From Parvularia atlantis (taxonomy: Eukaryota): 44,568 nucleotides of DNA. This document shows, piece after piece, positions 22,128 through 33,300 of the stretch (its first letter is position 1; every line of letters begins with the position of its first letter). The notes under the pieces were generated by a model. It ran no database searches. It was not told the origin of the DNA and saw only the letters and a program-made list of their open reading frames with translations. The stretch spans positions 1-44,568 of the forward strand of contig CALSCO010001252.1 of assembly GCA_943704415.1 (NCBI GenBank). Reading direction: 5' to 3'. Position numbers and translations under genes: made by a program.

Positions 22128-23492
22128 TCACTGAGCACCACCAAGCACGCGCTTGACGGCGTCGACGACGGCCTCGTGGATGTGCCCGTTGGTCGCGACG
22201 ACGCCTGGCAGCGCGCGCGCGCGCGCGGTCAGTGCTCGCGCTCGCAGCAGCAGCAGCCCGGGCGCACCCGAGTTGTTCTTGAGCGTGCGCCCGATCGAAA
22301 AGTCGAGAGGCCGGCCCTGCACGTCCGTGACCTGCCCGCCGGCCTCGCGCACGAGCAGCCAACCCGACGCGTGGTCCTGCGCCCCCCCACCCGACCAGCG
22401 TCAGCGGGCATGCACCGCGCCCGCACCAGCGCGCCGCACCCAGATCTTCTCCTCGTAGCCCTTGATCGTCGGCAGGCGCAGGTAGATGCTTGCGTCGCCG
22501 CGCGCGATCGACGCGTACTTGCACTGGCTGTCCATGCGCACGGGCGCGGCCGTGATGCCGAGCAGCTCCGAGACCTTGGACGAGTCGCTGTGGTTGCTCT
22601 GCACGCTGCGTGTCAGGCAGCGGCGCGGCAAGCCACGGCGCACACGTGGCCCGACTCGACGCTCTCGCAAAAGTTGGCCGCGCTCGTCTGCGTCACGCCG
22701 CTGACGTGGATGCGGTGCTCGGATGCGTCGTCGAGCGTGCGCTGGCGACGCGCGGCCGTCCGTCAGCTTGTGTGTGCGCGCTTGGCGAATGTGTGCGCGC
22801 CGCGCCACCTGGAACGCGCCCTCGCCCTCGACCGCGACAAAGATGCAGCCGCGCGGACCGTCGGGCTCGCTCGCCTTCACGGGCAGGTTCGGGCAACCCA
22901 TGACACCGAGCTGGGGGGCGCGCGCGCATCAGCGAGCCGCGTCGCAGCCCAGCGCGTGCGTCGGCGCGTACCTTGACCACGCCGTCCACGATCAGCGCGA
23001 GGCACACGGCGTACTGCTCGCCGCGCAGGAAGCCGAGGGTGCCGTCGATCGGATCGAGCGCCCAGTGGCGGCCCCGGGGCCCGCCCGCGTACACGCCGTA
23101 GTCGATCGCGTCGAGCACTTGCGTCTCATTCAGCTGCGCAAACGGCGGCAGGACGGCGTTGGTCAGGGCGAGGACCTTGTCCTTGAGCGCCTGGCCCTCG
23201 GGCGCGCGCAGCGCCTTGGCATCCTCCTCGCCGACGATCGGGTCGGCCGGGAAGGCGCGCATGAGCACGCTGTTGACGACGGCCTGGGCGCTGTAGTCGG
23301 CGACTAGAGCGCGCGGTGAGGACGCGGGAGAGAGAGTGACGAGGGCGTGCGCGCGCGCGCACCGGTCACCGGCGACTTGTCCTTCTTGATCACGGTCTCG
23401 CCCGTCACAAGCGCCTTGAACACGTTCTGGCACGCGCGCGTCGCGAGCACGACGGCGTCGAGCGCGATGGCGCGCTCACGTGGCAGTGCCAT
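22128..23492 (-). CDS. MET22: 3'(2'),5'-bisphosphate nucleotidase (HAL2/MET22/SAL1 type), 6 introns
   Basis: KDKSPVTVADYSAQA, IVGEED, WALDPIDGTLGFLRGEQYAVCLAL, MDSQCKY, EKIWDHASG. Confidence 0.95.
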
Positions 23493-23518
23493 CGAGATTT
23501 GAAGTGTGACACGCGGCC

Positions 23519-25123
23519 ATGTCTGACGACGAGGATGACGAGGGCGAGCGCGACGACGGCGCAGAGGACGAGCACGACGAGGGCGCCGAGGGCGAGGGCG
23601 AGGACGGCACGGACGACGACGACGACGACGACGCGCATCCGCGCGAGGGCCTGCTCGCCGGAGAGCGCCTGCGCGTGGACGAGGCCGCGCGCCATCCGCA
23701 CCGCACGCGCACCGCCACGCCAGCGCGCGGCCCGCGGCCGCCCTCGTCCTCGTCGTCGCCCTCGGCCTCGGCGCTGGCGGCCACCGCGGCGTCGGGCGCG
23801 CCCGCCGTGCTGCCGTCGCCGAGCCTGGTGCAGGTCGGGAGCACGTCGTCGTCCGACACGCTCGGGGCCGCGTCATCGTCATCGACCAGCATGCGCCTCA
23901 AGCGCCTCAGCTTCTCGAGCGCGCTGGGCGGAGCCGGCGGCGGCAGTGGCGAGGGTGGGCGCGCGGGCGTGGTGCCGACAGCGACGGTGACGGACGAGCA
24001 GACGGTCACGCTCGCGCTCGACGGGCAGGAGTACCGCGTCGCGCTGGCCGATCTGCGCAGGTACCCGGACACGATGCTCGGGCGCATGTTTGGCTCGGCA
24101 CTCGAGAGCGGCCTGACGCGGCCCTCGGCCGACGGCGTCTACAAGCTCGACAACACGACGATCGCGCCCGAGGCGTTCCAGGGCGCGCTCACGTACTACC
24201 GCGACGGTGCGCGCGCGTTTCTTGCCGTTCGCGCCGGCCGCTGATGCGCCCGATTGCGCGCGCAGGCGTCGTCAAGTGCCCGCCCGACGTCGAGGTCGCG
24301 GACCTGGTGGACGCATGCGAGTATTTGCTGATCCCCGTGTCGTTGCAGAAAATCGTGTGCCGCAACCTCGGTGCGCAGTCGCCGTGTCCGTGCGTGCGCC
24401 TGGCGGGGGGCTCACGCGGTGGCGCAAGGCAAGCTCATGCACGTTCTGTCGAACCGCGGCGCGGCCGGGCACTTCACCAACGTGCACTTTCCGCTACACA
24501 TCGCGCCCCTCCTCGAGAAGTGCGTCGCGCTCGGCGACCGCCAGGCGCACATCGTCTTCCTGTTTTCGGATGAGGTGATCAAGTGGGACCCGGCCACGCC
24601 GCCGCCGTTCGACGAAAACACAAAGCGAGGTGAGCATGCGCGCGCGCGCGCACGATCACACCCGCGATTTGCGGGGTGACACGCGCGCGCAGTCGTCTTT
24701 AACTCGGACGTGTGCCGCTTCCTGGGCTTTGCCGAGAACCGCGACCTCATCAAGGACATCCTGTACGACCGCGGCTTCAAGAAAGTGCGCCTGGGCATTG
24801 AGGGGTGCGGCTCCCGTGCGCGCGCGGCCGGCCTATGCCCGGCTGACCACGATGCAGCTTTCCGATCGACATGGTCGCCGCCGACCCGCACCGCGTCACG
24901 CTCGCCGAGAACCTGTACCGGTACGAGCACCGGCCGTACATGTTCATCTCGTGGGAAAAGGCGCGTCGCCCTGCTTGCTGCGCGTCGTCCACGGCATCTG
25001 ACTGCGCGCGCGCGCGGGCCGCTGCAGGAGGTCAAGGGCAACCAGCACGTAAACTTCCAGTACGTGCGCAAGTCGTCCTCGGGCGGTGGGACGCGGCGGC
25101 ACCCGCAGGAGCGGTGGTTCTGA
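23519..25123 (+). CDS. BTBD10: BTB/POZ protein, BTBD10/KCTD20 family, 5 introns (1 GC-AG)
   Basis: YPDTMLGRMFGS, YYRDGVVKCPP, ACEYLLIP, LMHVLSN.GA, ENRDL.K, LGIEGFP, WEKEVKGNQHVNFQYV. Confidence 0.85.
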
Positions 25124-25190
25124 GGGCGTCTGCGCGCATTTTTCTGATTTGCTTTCTTTGGCGTGGCTGCGCTTTCCATTCTGCTCCGAA

Positions 25191-25196
25191 AATAAA
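25191..25196 (+). terminator. Possible AATAAA polyadenylation signal downstream of the BTBD10-like gene
   Basis: AATAAA 67 nt after the stop, in a T-rich 3' region. Confidence 0.35.
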
Positions 25197-25444
25197 CACA
25201 CATCTGCGGGGTGCGTGCGCACGTCAGACCGCGCCGCGACGGTCACGCAGAGGAGGAGAAGGAAGAAGGGGGCAGGAGGGCCTCAGTATTGTGGTAATGT
25301 GACATTTGTTGTTCCGCACGGGGCCGCGGCGCAACGAGGCGCGCGCGCTCAGCATTGCAGAATGTAGTTCATCAGAGGGCGGGGCGGGCGAGCAGCCGAC
25401 GGGAGGGGGCGCAGGCGCGGCGGACGCACCCTGTGTCGGAGAGC

Positions 25445-25977
25445 TCATGCCGCACGGCCCGGCGTGCTCGCGGCGCCCGCCTGCTTCTGCTTCTCCTGTT
25501 GCTCGCGCCAGTAGCTATGCGCGCGCTCGAGTGTCAGCTCGCGCGCGCGCGCGCACACACACACACGCGCCGGCGACGCACAGGCCAAGCCGCCCGACCT
25601 GGTACAGATTGGTCGCGGCGACAAAGATGTTGACGGCGAAGAGGCTCCAGTTCTTGGGCTGGATCACGAGCGAGTACCGCGACCAGATGAGGCCCGTCGC
25701 GGCGAGGCCTGGTTGCGCGCCCCGTCACGATCGCGCGCCGCCCCACCGCGCGCAACCGCACGCACCCGACACCTGCAGCACGCTCAGCTTCTCCACCGGC
25801 CGGTTGATGTCGCTCAGACCGGCCACGACGAGCCCCCACTTCATCGCCGGCGCCCAGAAGTGCACGGTCTTGGGGCCTGTTCATCGCCGCGCGTCAGCAC
25901 GTGCGCGCACGGTGGCGCACGACGGGTGCACCGGCCGGGTGGTTCCAGAACGCGGCCCACGACGCGGCGGCGGCCAT
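25445..25977 (-). CDS. MPC2: Mitochondrial pyruvate carrier 2-like, 3 introns
   Basis: FWNHPAGPKTVHFWAPAMKWGLV, RPVEKLS, TGLIWSRYSLVIQPKNWSLFAVN. Confidence 0.95.
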
Positions 25978-26079
25978 CTCTCGTCGAGCACTGCGGGCGC
26001 GTGTGCGCATGCTGTGAGACCGACGCTGCAGCCACGCTGGGTGCGGCGTGGCTGCGTTTTCGAAGTGTGACGCACGGCC

Positions 26080-28671
26080 ATGCTGCACGACCTTGTCGCG
26101 GCCCTTGCCGGCTTTGCGGGCGACGTCTTCGCGGACGACGGCGCCGGTGCGCGCGGCCCCGTTTCGCGGCTCAGCAGCTGACGGCGCGGGCGTGCGCGCG
26201 TGCAGGTGCAATCCGCCTTGCGAAGGATTTGCCGCTCGTGCACCCGGGCGAGCGCGTACTGCTGAACGGGTGCGCGCGCCCAGACACGCCATCGGACGCG
26301 CCTGATGTGCGTCCCAGCGCCGCCCGGCTCGGGTCGCACTACCGCGCGCTGCGCGCCTTCGTCGCCGGCACGCTCGTCGCGGGCGGCGAGCACGCGCTCG
26401 TGCGCCACGCGCTCGCGGCCGCCGTCGACGCCGAGCTCGATCGGTACCGGCGCGCGCTGCTGGCGCTGGAGGGCCGCATCCTCGCGCGCGCGCACACGCC
26501 CATCGGCGCCGTGCTGGACGCGGTCCGGCCGGTGCGCTCGCCTTTGCATGCAGTGCACGCCGCGAGCTGACCATCGGCGTGCGCAGTTTGAGGCGCCGCT
26601 GGCCGCGATGCGCGCGACGGCGGAGCGCGTGCAGGCCGAGGACCTGCGCGCCGGGCCGCTGCTGTCGCTGCTGGCGGCGCAGGAGGCGGACGCAGTCGGG
26701 CCGATGCGCGAGCTGCACGGACGGTGCGCGGGCCGCTGCCAGATCTCTCGTGTGACTGACGCAGCGGCGCAGTATCGCCGACCGGGCGCGCCGTGTGCTG
26801 TACCGCTTTCTGGCCGCGTGGCTGGCGCACGGCGCGCTGTCGCCGCAGCTCGGCGCCGAGTTCTTCATCCAGCAGCGCCCGGATGGCGCCGTGGCTGTCG
26901 TGGACGCGCAGCGGCCGGCGTTCGTGGCGGTCTCGACCGCGACGCGGATCCTGTTTGCGGGCCGCGCCGTGCGCGTGATCAGCGCCGCAAAGCACGTCCG
27001 GCTGGGTGCGTCGCTGGGCGGCCGCACGTGTGCGCAGCGTGCGACTGACGCGCGCCCGCAAGACGACGACGACCGCGCCGCGCTCGCCCACAGCCTCGAC
27101 GTGCGCGACGCCGATAACGGGACGGTGCCGCCGTGGGACGCCTTCGAGGCCGCCGTGAACGAGGCGCACACGCGCGTGTCGCGCACGATGTGCCGCGTCA
27201 TGATGGGCCCGGACGGCGACCTGCTGCGGACGATGCGGGTGCGAGCAGCTGTTGCTGCTGCTCTACGTGCTCACGGACGGCGCAGCTGGCCCGCGCGACG
27301 CTGCTGCTCGGGCGCGGCGACATCCTCAGCACGTTCCTGCGCGGCTGCGACACGCTCATGACCGCGACGAGCAGCGCAAAGCGCAAGCCCGGTGAGAATT
27401 GCCCGCCGCCGCTGCTTTCGTCGCTCACCGCCCTCCAGACCTCGACGTGCTGTTTCGCCAATGCTGCTCGGCCATCGCCATGGCCGAGAGCGACATGGAG
27501 CAGCTCGGGCGGCTGGTGTGGGGCGTGCAGACCGCTGGCGATGGCGGCGCGGACGACGACGAGGGTGCGCTCGCGTCGGCTCAATGTCGCACCACTCAGC
27601 CCTGCCCCAGACTACCGCGCCGCCTTTGGCTACGCGGTGACACTGAGTGTCGCGGTCGGGCCGCCGCTGGACCTGCTGTTGCATGCGCGCGTGCAACAGC
27701 GGTGCGCCCGTCGGCAGCAAGTGAGGCCACAGTGCGCTGACGCCGCACGCGCAGGCTGCAGCGCGTGTTTCGGCTGCTGTGCACGGTTGTGCGCGTGCAG
27801 CAGGCGGCACATGCGACGTGGCAGCCGGCGAACGAGGTGCGCAGCGAGTGCTGACTTGGCGCACGGCGACGCTCACGCCCCCCCGCGTCCAGGTCGCGCG
27901 GCGGCTGCACCGGCACGTGGACGGTGACCTGCGCGCGGTGGCTCCGGCCGTGCACACGCTCGTGTTGCGGCGGCAACGGGTGCGTGCGCGTGCGAAGCGG
28001 TCCCGCAGCTCACGCGACGCCGCGCAGACTGCATTCTGGGTCGACCAGCTGCAGCACTACCTCCAGGGCGACGCGATCGAGCCGAGTATGCCCACGCTGG
28101 AGCGCCGGTGCGCTTGTGCACACACACACGTGAGCATGGCTGACGCGGTGCGCAGGCTTGCGGCAGCGGCTGCGTACGACGACCTCGAGAGCGCGCTCGA
28201 CGCGTGGCTCGAGGACCTGGAGTCGCAGGTGCTGCTGGCCGACGACGATCACCGCCGCGCGGTCTGGGCGCTGCTCAAGGCTGCGTTTGCGTTCTTTGCG
28301 GGGCTGGGGCGATGCCTGTCGCTGTTTGCGCAGTGCGTGCGCCGTTGCAGCGCCTGCGACGGCTGACAGGCGGCGGCGGCGGCGGCGTCGCAGTGCACTC
28401 GGGGCCGAGGAGATCGAGCGCGGGCGGACGTTGGCGGCCGCGCAAAAGGCCACCGCCGAGGCCGGTCGGCTGTGCGACGTGCGTGCGCTGCGGGACAGCC
28501 GCGACGACAGCTGATGCGCGCGCGCGGTAGGTGTTTGACGGGCACGCGGCGACGCTGCTGCGCTCACTGCTACTGCTGCAGGGCAGCGTCGAGCACCCGC
28601 ACATGGCGCTGCTGCTGCTGCGGCTCGACTTTAACGGGCGCCTGAGCGTGGCCGTGGACGCCGCCGTGTGA
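26080..28671 (+). CDS. TUBGCP4: Gamma-tubulin complex component, GCP4-like (divergent), 14 introns
   Basis: MLHDLVAALAGFAGDVF, HPGERVLL, WLAHG.L...AEFFI, ILFAGRAV, LLGRGD, VDQLQHYLQGDAIE, LLLRLDFN. Confidence 0.85.
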
Positions 28672-28741
28672 AGCAGCGACGCGGGTGTACGCCATAACCT
28701 AGCGACGATACACGCGCTCAGCAAAAAGACACGGGTGTCGC

Positions 28742-29729
28742 TCAGATAGCCTTCTTCTTCTTGAGGAAGGACCGCATGTGCAGCACCTGCATGGCGGCGG
28801 CGACTGAGTGCACGCGCCAGTGAGTGTGGGGCGAGCGCACCTGGTAGATGCCGAGGACGACGAGCAGGGCCATCGACGCGATGCTGAACCACTGCGCACC
28901 GCACTCAGACGGCGCCCGAGCAGGCGGAGCCAGCACCGCACCTTGACGCGCTCGTACGTCGACTCGTTCGTGTTGCGCAGCTGCTCCTCGCGCTCGCTCA
29001 GGAACCTGCGCTCGACCACCATCGCGTCAACGATAGCCGCCTGCGGACGCGCGCGCGTGTGAGTCAGTGGCTGTCGCGCTCACAACGCCGACGGCACCAT
29101 CTTGCGCAGCTCGATCTCGGCCGGCTTGAGGTTCTCGAGCTTGGCTAGCTCGTCGTAGTCGACGGCCTCGTACCCGGTCTTGATCTCAAGCTCAATGTCG
29201 GCCGTGAGCGACTCGCTCATGCCGACGCCTGACCGCCTCGCCCGCTCAGCCGCCGCGCCTGCGCACGTGCGCCTGCGCACCCTCGTGCAGGTTGTTGGCG
29301 AAGCACACGTCCAGGTCCGAGTGGTTCGGCGTCGTCACGACAAACGCGCCCGGATCCTTGATGTTTGGGTTCGCGTGCAGCCGGTTCCCGAAGCGGTCGA
29401 CGACCTTTGCACTCCATGTGCTGAGCGCGCGGCACGTGCTGCCCCGCCCGTGGCACGCGCACCGTCACCGACACGGTCGAGCCCGAGCCGCGCACGCCCG
29501 AGACCTTGTACTTGCCCATCACCAGCGCGTCCTTGTTGCTGTACTGGCTGACGCTGCGTGCGCGCGTGTGCACGTGAGCAGCGCGTTGCGTTGTGCGCGT
29601 GCGGGCGAGGGCGGCGCACCAGCGCACGCGGTTCTGGTACGGGTACGCCGCGGGCAGGTCGAAGCGGATGAGGTGCGCCGAGGCCGCCGAGGCAGCGACC
29701 GCCGCCACGACGAGCAGCAGGCGCCACAT
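28742..29729 (-). CDS. TMED10: p24/emp24/gp25L family, delta subfamily (TMED10-like), 6 introns
   Basis: Signal peptide, GOLD domain, LKPAEIELRK, REEQLRNTNEST.ERVKWFS, C-terminal FLKKKKAI. Confidence 0.92.
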
Positions 29730-29758
29730 GGCCCGTGCGTCGTGCTGTGCTTTGAATG

Positions 29759-30268
29759 TCATTGTACAAGCATATCAGTCAACGTGACAACGTCGAACTT
29801 GTAGCACACGACGCGCCCAAACAGGTCGCTGCTGTCGAGCACGAGGCGGAAGGCGGCCGCGCCCGTCAGCGGCGGCGCGACCCTGAGCACGTGGCGTCGG
29901 CGTCAGACGCAGGCGGCAGGCGGCAACACAGCGCAACAGAGCAGGCGGCGTATCTGCTCGCCGTTGCTGTCAGCCGGGTGCAGCGTCGCGTGCAGCATGA
30001 GGGCGGCGTCGGGCGCGGGCGCGGCCCACAGCTCGGCCGTGCGCGCCGCAAAGCCGCCCTGGAACGCGGCCACGACCGCGTCGACGCGCGCGCCCGGCCG
30101 AAGCGCGCCCGCGACCCACTGCGGCCGCCCCTGCTCCGAGCGCCAGCACGTCTCGTCGTCGCCATCGACGAGGCACTGCCGCCCGTGCGCGCGCGCGTTG
30201 CGCCCGAGCACCGACGAGACGCGCAGCGTCGCCGGGTCGAGCACAGACACGTACGAGCACTTGTCCAT
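29759..30268 (-). CDS. NR2C2AP: Nuclear receptor 2C2-associated protein-like (galactose-binding-like fold), single intron
   Basis: RVSSVL.RN...G...L.DGDDETCW.SEQGRPQWV, FQGGFAA, HPADSNGEQ, SDLFGRVVCYKF. Confidence 0.85.
29891..29953 (-). other. Candidate non-canonical AT-AC intron (63 nt)
   Basis: CAG|ATACGC...CTGAC GCCGACGCCAC|GTG restores the frame; an in-frame TGA inside means some intron must be removed. Confidence 0.6.
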
Positions 30269-30323
30269 CGAGTAACAAAAGAAAGGCAATGATAGGGGCG
30301 ACCAGCGCCAAGACGTCTCTCTC

Positions 30324-33300
30324 TCACACGGCGACGGTCGTCTCGCGCTCCATCCACTCGCCCATGGTCGAGCCCGCGCCGCCGTGCAGCGGCGACTCGT
30401 ACAGCGGATTGTCGTGCGCGGGCGAGTATTCGCGGTACTGGGCCGGGCGCGCGATCAGAGGGGGCCAGCACGCGACCACCAGAGCGACGCACCAGCGGGT
30501 TCTCGTACGCCGGCACCGCGTCAAAATTGGGCGCGACAAAGTAGAGCGGGCCCTTGCCTTGGCGGCGCATGTACAGCAGCCAGCCCACGATCGCCGCCAC
30601 GACGCACAGCGCCACGAGCGAGCCCGCGATCGCGCCCGAGTTGAAGTCTTGCTGGTTCTGGTCGGCCGAGACCGGCGGCGTGGCGCGCACGTTCGGCGGC
30701 TGCGGGCACGTGTACACCGCACCGGTCGCGCACAGACCGGCGCGCGTGACCGAGATGCACGAGTTGGTCGTGTTGCACCACAGGCAGTAGCGCGTCTGCT
30801 GTGCGCCTGCGACAGCGCGCACCCGTCGTGTCAGCGCGCACACACACACACATCGCGCGCAAGGCCGCAAACGCACCGATCAGCACGTTGCACGCCTCAC
30901 ACGTGTCCAGGCGTTTGCAGTAGTTCTCGGCGCGGCACGTCGAGCCGTCGCCGCCGCACACGCCGCACCCGTCGCGCACCACGCCCGAGTTGGGCACGCC
31001 GTCGCAGCCGGCGCAGGTCGAGTTGTTGCCGTCACACACGCCGCAGCCGTCAAACTGCTTGCCCGAGTTTGGCCGGCCGTCGCAGCCCGCGCACTGTGTC
31101 GCGCACGCGTCAGCTCGCGGAGACAGACGCGAGCGGCAGACGCACGCTCAGCCCGTTGCCGTTGCACACGCCGCACGCGTCAAAGAGGCACGCGTACTGG
31201 CACTGCGGGCCGTAGAAGCCTTGCAGGCACGTGCACATCCCGCTGCAGTTGCACGTGCCGCGCGTTGAGCCGCCGCAGTCTTGGCTCACCAGCGAGTTAG
31301 CACCCGAGCGGTCACACTGCGGCCGGGGTGCGATCAGCATCTGCGCAGCTGATCACCCGTCGCGCTCCAACGCACCCGCCGGCATGAGCAGCTGCCGTTC
31401 TCGTCGAGGAAGTGCAAGTTGTCGCACTGGCACGCGCCGCACACGCACTGGCCGCTGTTTGAGCACCTCTCCTGCTGCTGCGTGGCCGGGTCGAGCCCGA
31501 ACGGGCACTCGGCCTTCGAGCTGGTTGTGTCGTGCGCCTCAGTACGGCACGCAAGGCCGCCCCCCCGCTCAGCGCACGCACCACGTGCACGCCGTGCCCG
31601 TCCAGTTGGGGCCGCACTCGCACACGCCCGTCGAGCAGCCGCACTGGCCGCCGTTCTGGCACGTCAGCGGGCAGATCTTGCACGGCAAGCACACGTTCTG
31701 GCCGGAGCTGCGCAGCGCTGCCGTCAGCAGATCCTTCGCCCTCCGAAACTCACGCATGACGCACCTCGTCTCGTCCTCGTACGTCTCCGGCACGCTGCTG
31801 CAGTTGGCCACGCACAGGCCGTTGCGCGCCAGGAAGAACTCGGGGTCGCTGCACGTGAGGCAGCGCACGGGGTCGACGCAGCTTTCACACAGCGGGTGGC
31901 AGTCTGTGCACCGTGTGCGTCAGCCAGGCTCCAGCTGGCCACGCGGCGCACCTGCGCAGGTGTTGCTGGTCGCGTCAGCAAACGTGCCCGTCGGACACTG
32001 GCCGTCCTGCACGCAGCGCCCGTCGAGCAGGTACAGGCCGTCGGGGCAGCTCAAGCACTGGTCGAACGACGCGCCTGTGCACGTAAGGCAGTTGTAAAAG
32101 CAGTTCTGGCACACGTTGTTGGCCGTGCTGAACTGGGTCGAGTTGCACGCCTGGACGCACTGCGCGCTCACGGGGGGTCAGCCGCCAGCGCACGCGTCGG
32201 CGCGCAAGCACCACGCGCACCTGACCATCCAGCAGGTACGCCAGGCCAGAGTCGGCTACGCACGATAAGCACGCGGCCGCGCCGTAGCCGCCGCAGCGGT
32301 CGCAGGTCGGGTCGCAGGTCGCGCACAGGTTGATCGTCTCGTCCATAAATGTGCCGGGCGGGCACGCGACGACGCAGCTGCCGCTGTACAGGCCCGTGCC
32401 ATCAACGCAGGCCGTGCACTCGACGGCCGAGGCGCCGTTGCAGCTCGCGCAGGACGGGTTGCACGTCTGGCACTCAATGCCGTCCGAGTAGTAGCCGGCG
32501 ACGGGGCAGGCGTCGACGCAGACCTCGTTGAGCAGCACGCGGCCGTTGGCGCACTGCGAGCATGCGTTCGGGCCCTCGGCCGCGCACGACGCGCAGACCG
32601 GGTCGCACGAGGCGCAGAGCAGCGGCGAGAGCTGGTACTCGTTCGAGTTGCATACGGCCGTGCACTCGGAATTGCGCAACGTCAGCGGATAGGCGTTGTC
32701 GACGCAGCTGGTGCAGGTCGTGGCCGCGCCCGCGCACGTCTGGCAGGGCGACTGGCACGGGCTGCACACGCCGCCGTTGTTGAAGAAGCCAGGCGCGCAC
32801 ACGTCGCACGGGGCCTGCGCCGCCGCCGCGGCCGCCTGCGCCCAGCCCGGCAGACAGGTGCACGCACCGCCGGATGTGATGCCGTCGTCGCACGTGCCCT
32901 CACCACACATGCACGGCGTGCACTGCGGCCCGTACGAGCCCACGACGCACTCGTTGCACGACGTCACGCCCGACGTCGTCAGCCCGTCCGCGCCCGCGTA
33001 GCCGTCAAAGCACTCGCACAGGCCCGTGCCGTCCAGGCCCTCGCTGCACGCGCCATGCACGCAGTCCGGGCAGGGCGCGCACGACGCGCCGCCGTAGTTG
33101 TCGGCGCAGACGTTGCACACGTCGCCGTCATACTGCGGCAGGCACACGCACGCGCCTGTGCCGCGCAGGCCCTCGTCGCACACGCCGTGGCCGGGCACGC
33201 ACGCGGGGCAGGGCGAGCACGTCGCGCCAAAGTGGCCCGGCACGCAGACGTCGCAGGGATTTCGCGGGCTCGTGGTGTTGGACTGGGTGAAGCCAGAGTT

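Noticed and set aside
20252..22976. Long + strand ORFs (two of 474 aa) and many similar Arg/Ala-rich ORFs across the window
   Set aside because: Antisense or off-frame shadows of real spliced genes; expected from stop-codon scarcity at very high GC; no recognisable motifs
29903..29905. In-frame TGA in NR2C2AP as selenocysteine or readthrough
   Set aside because: It is part of a CTGAC branch site, and readthrough would insert 21 non-homologous residues; an intron explains it better
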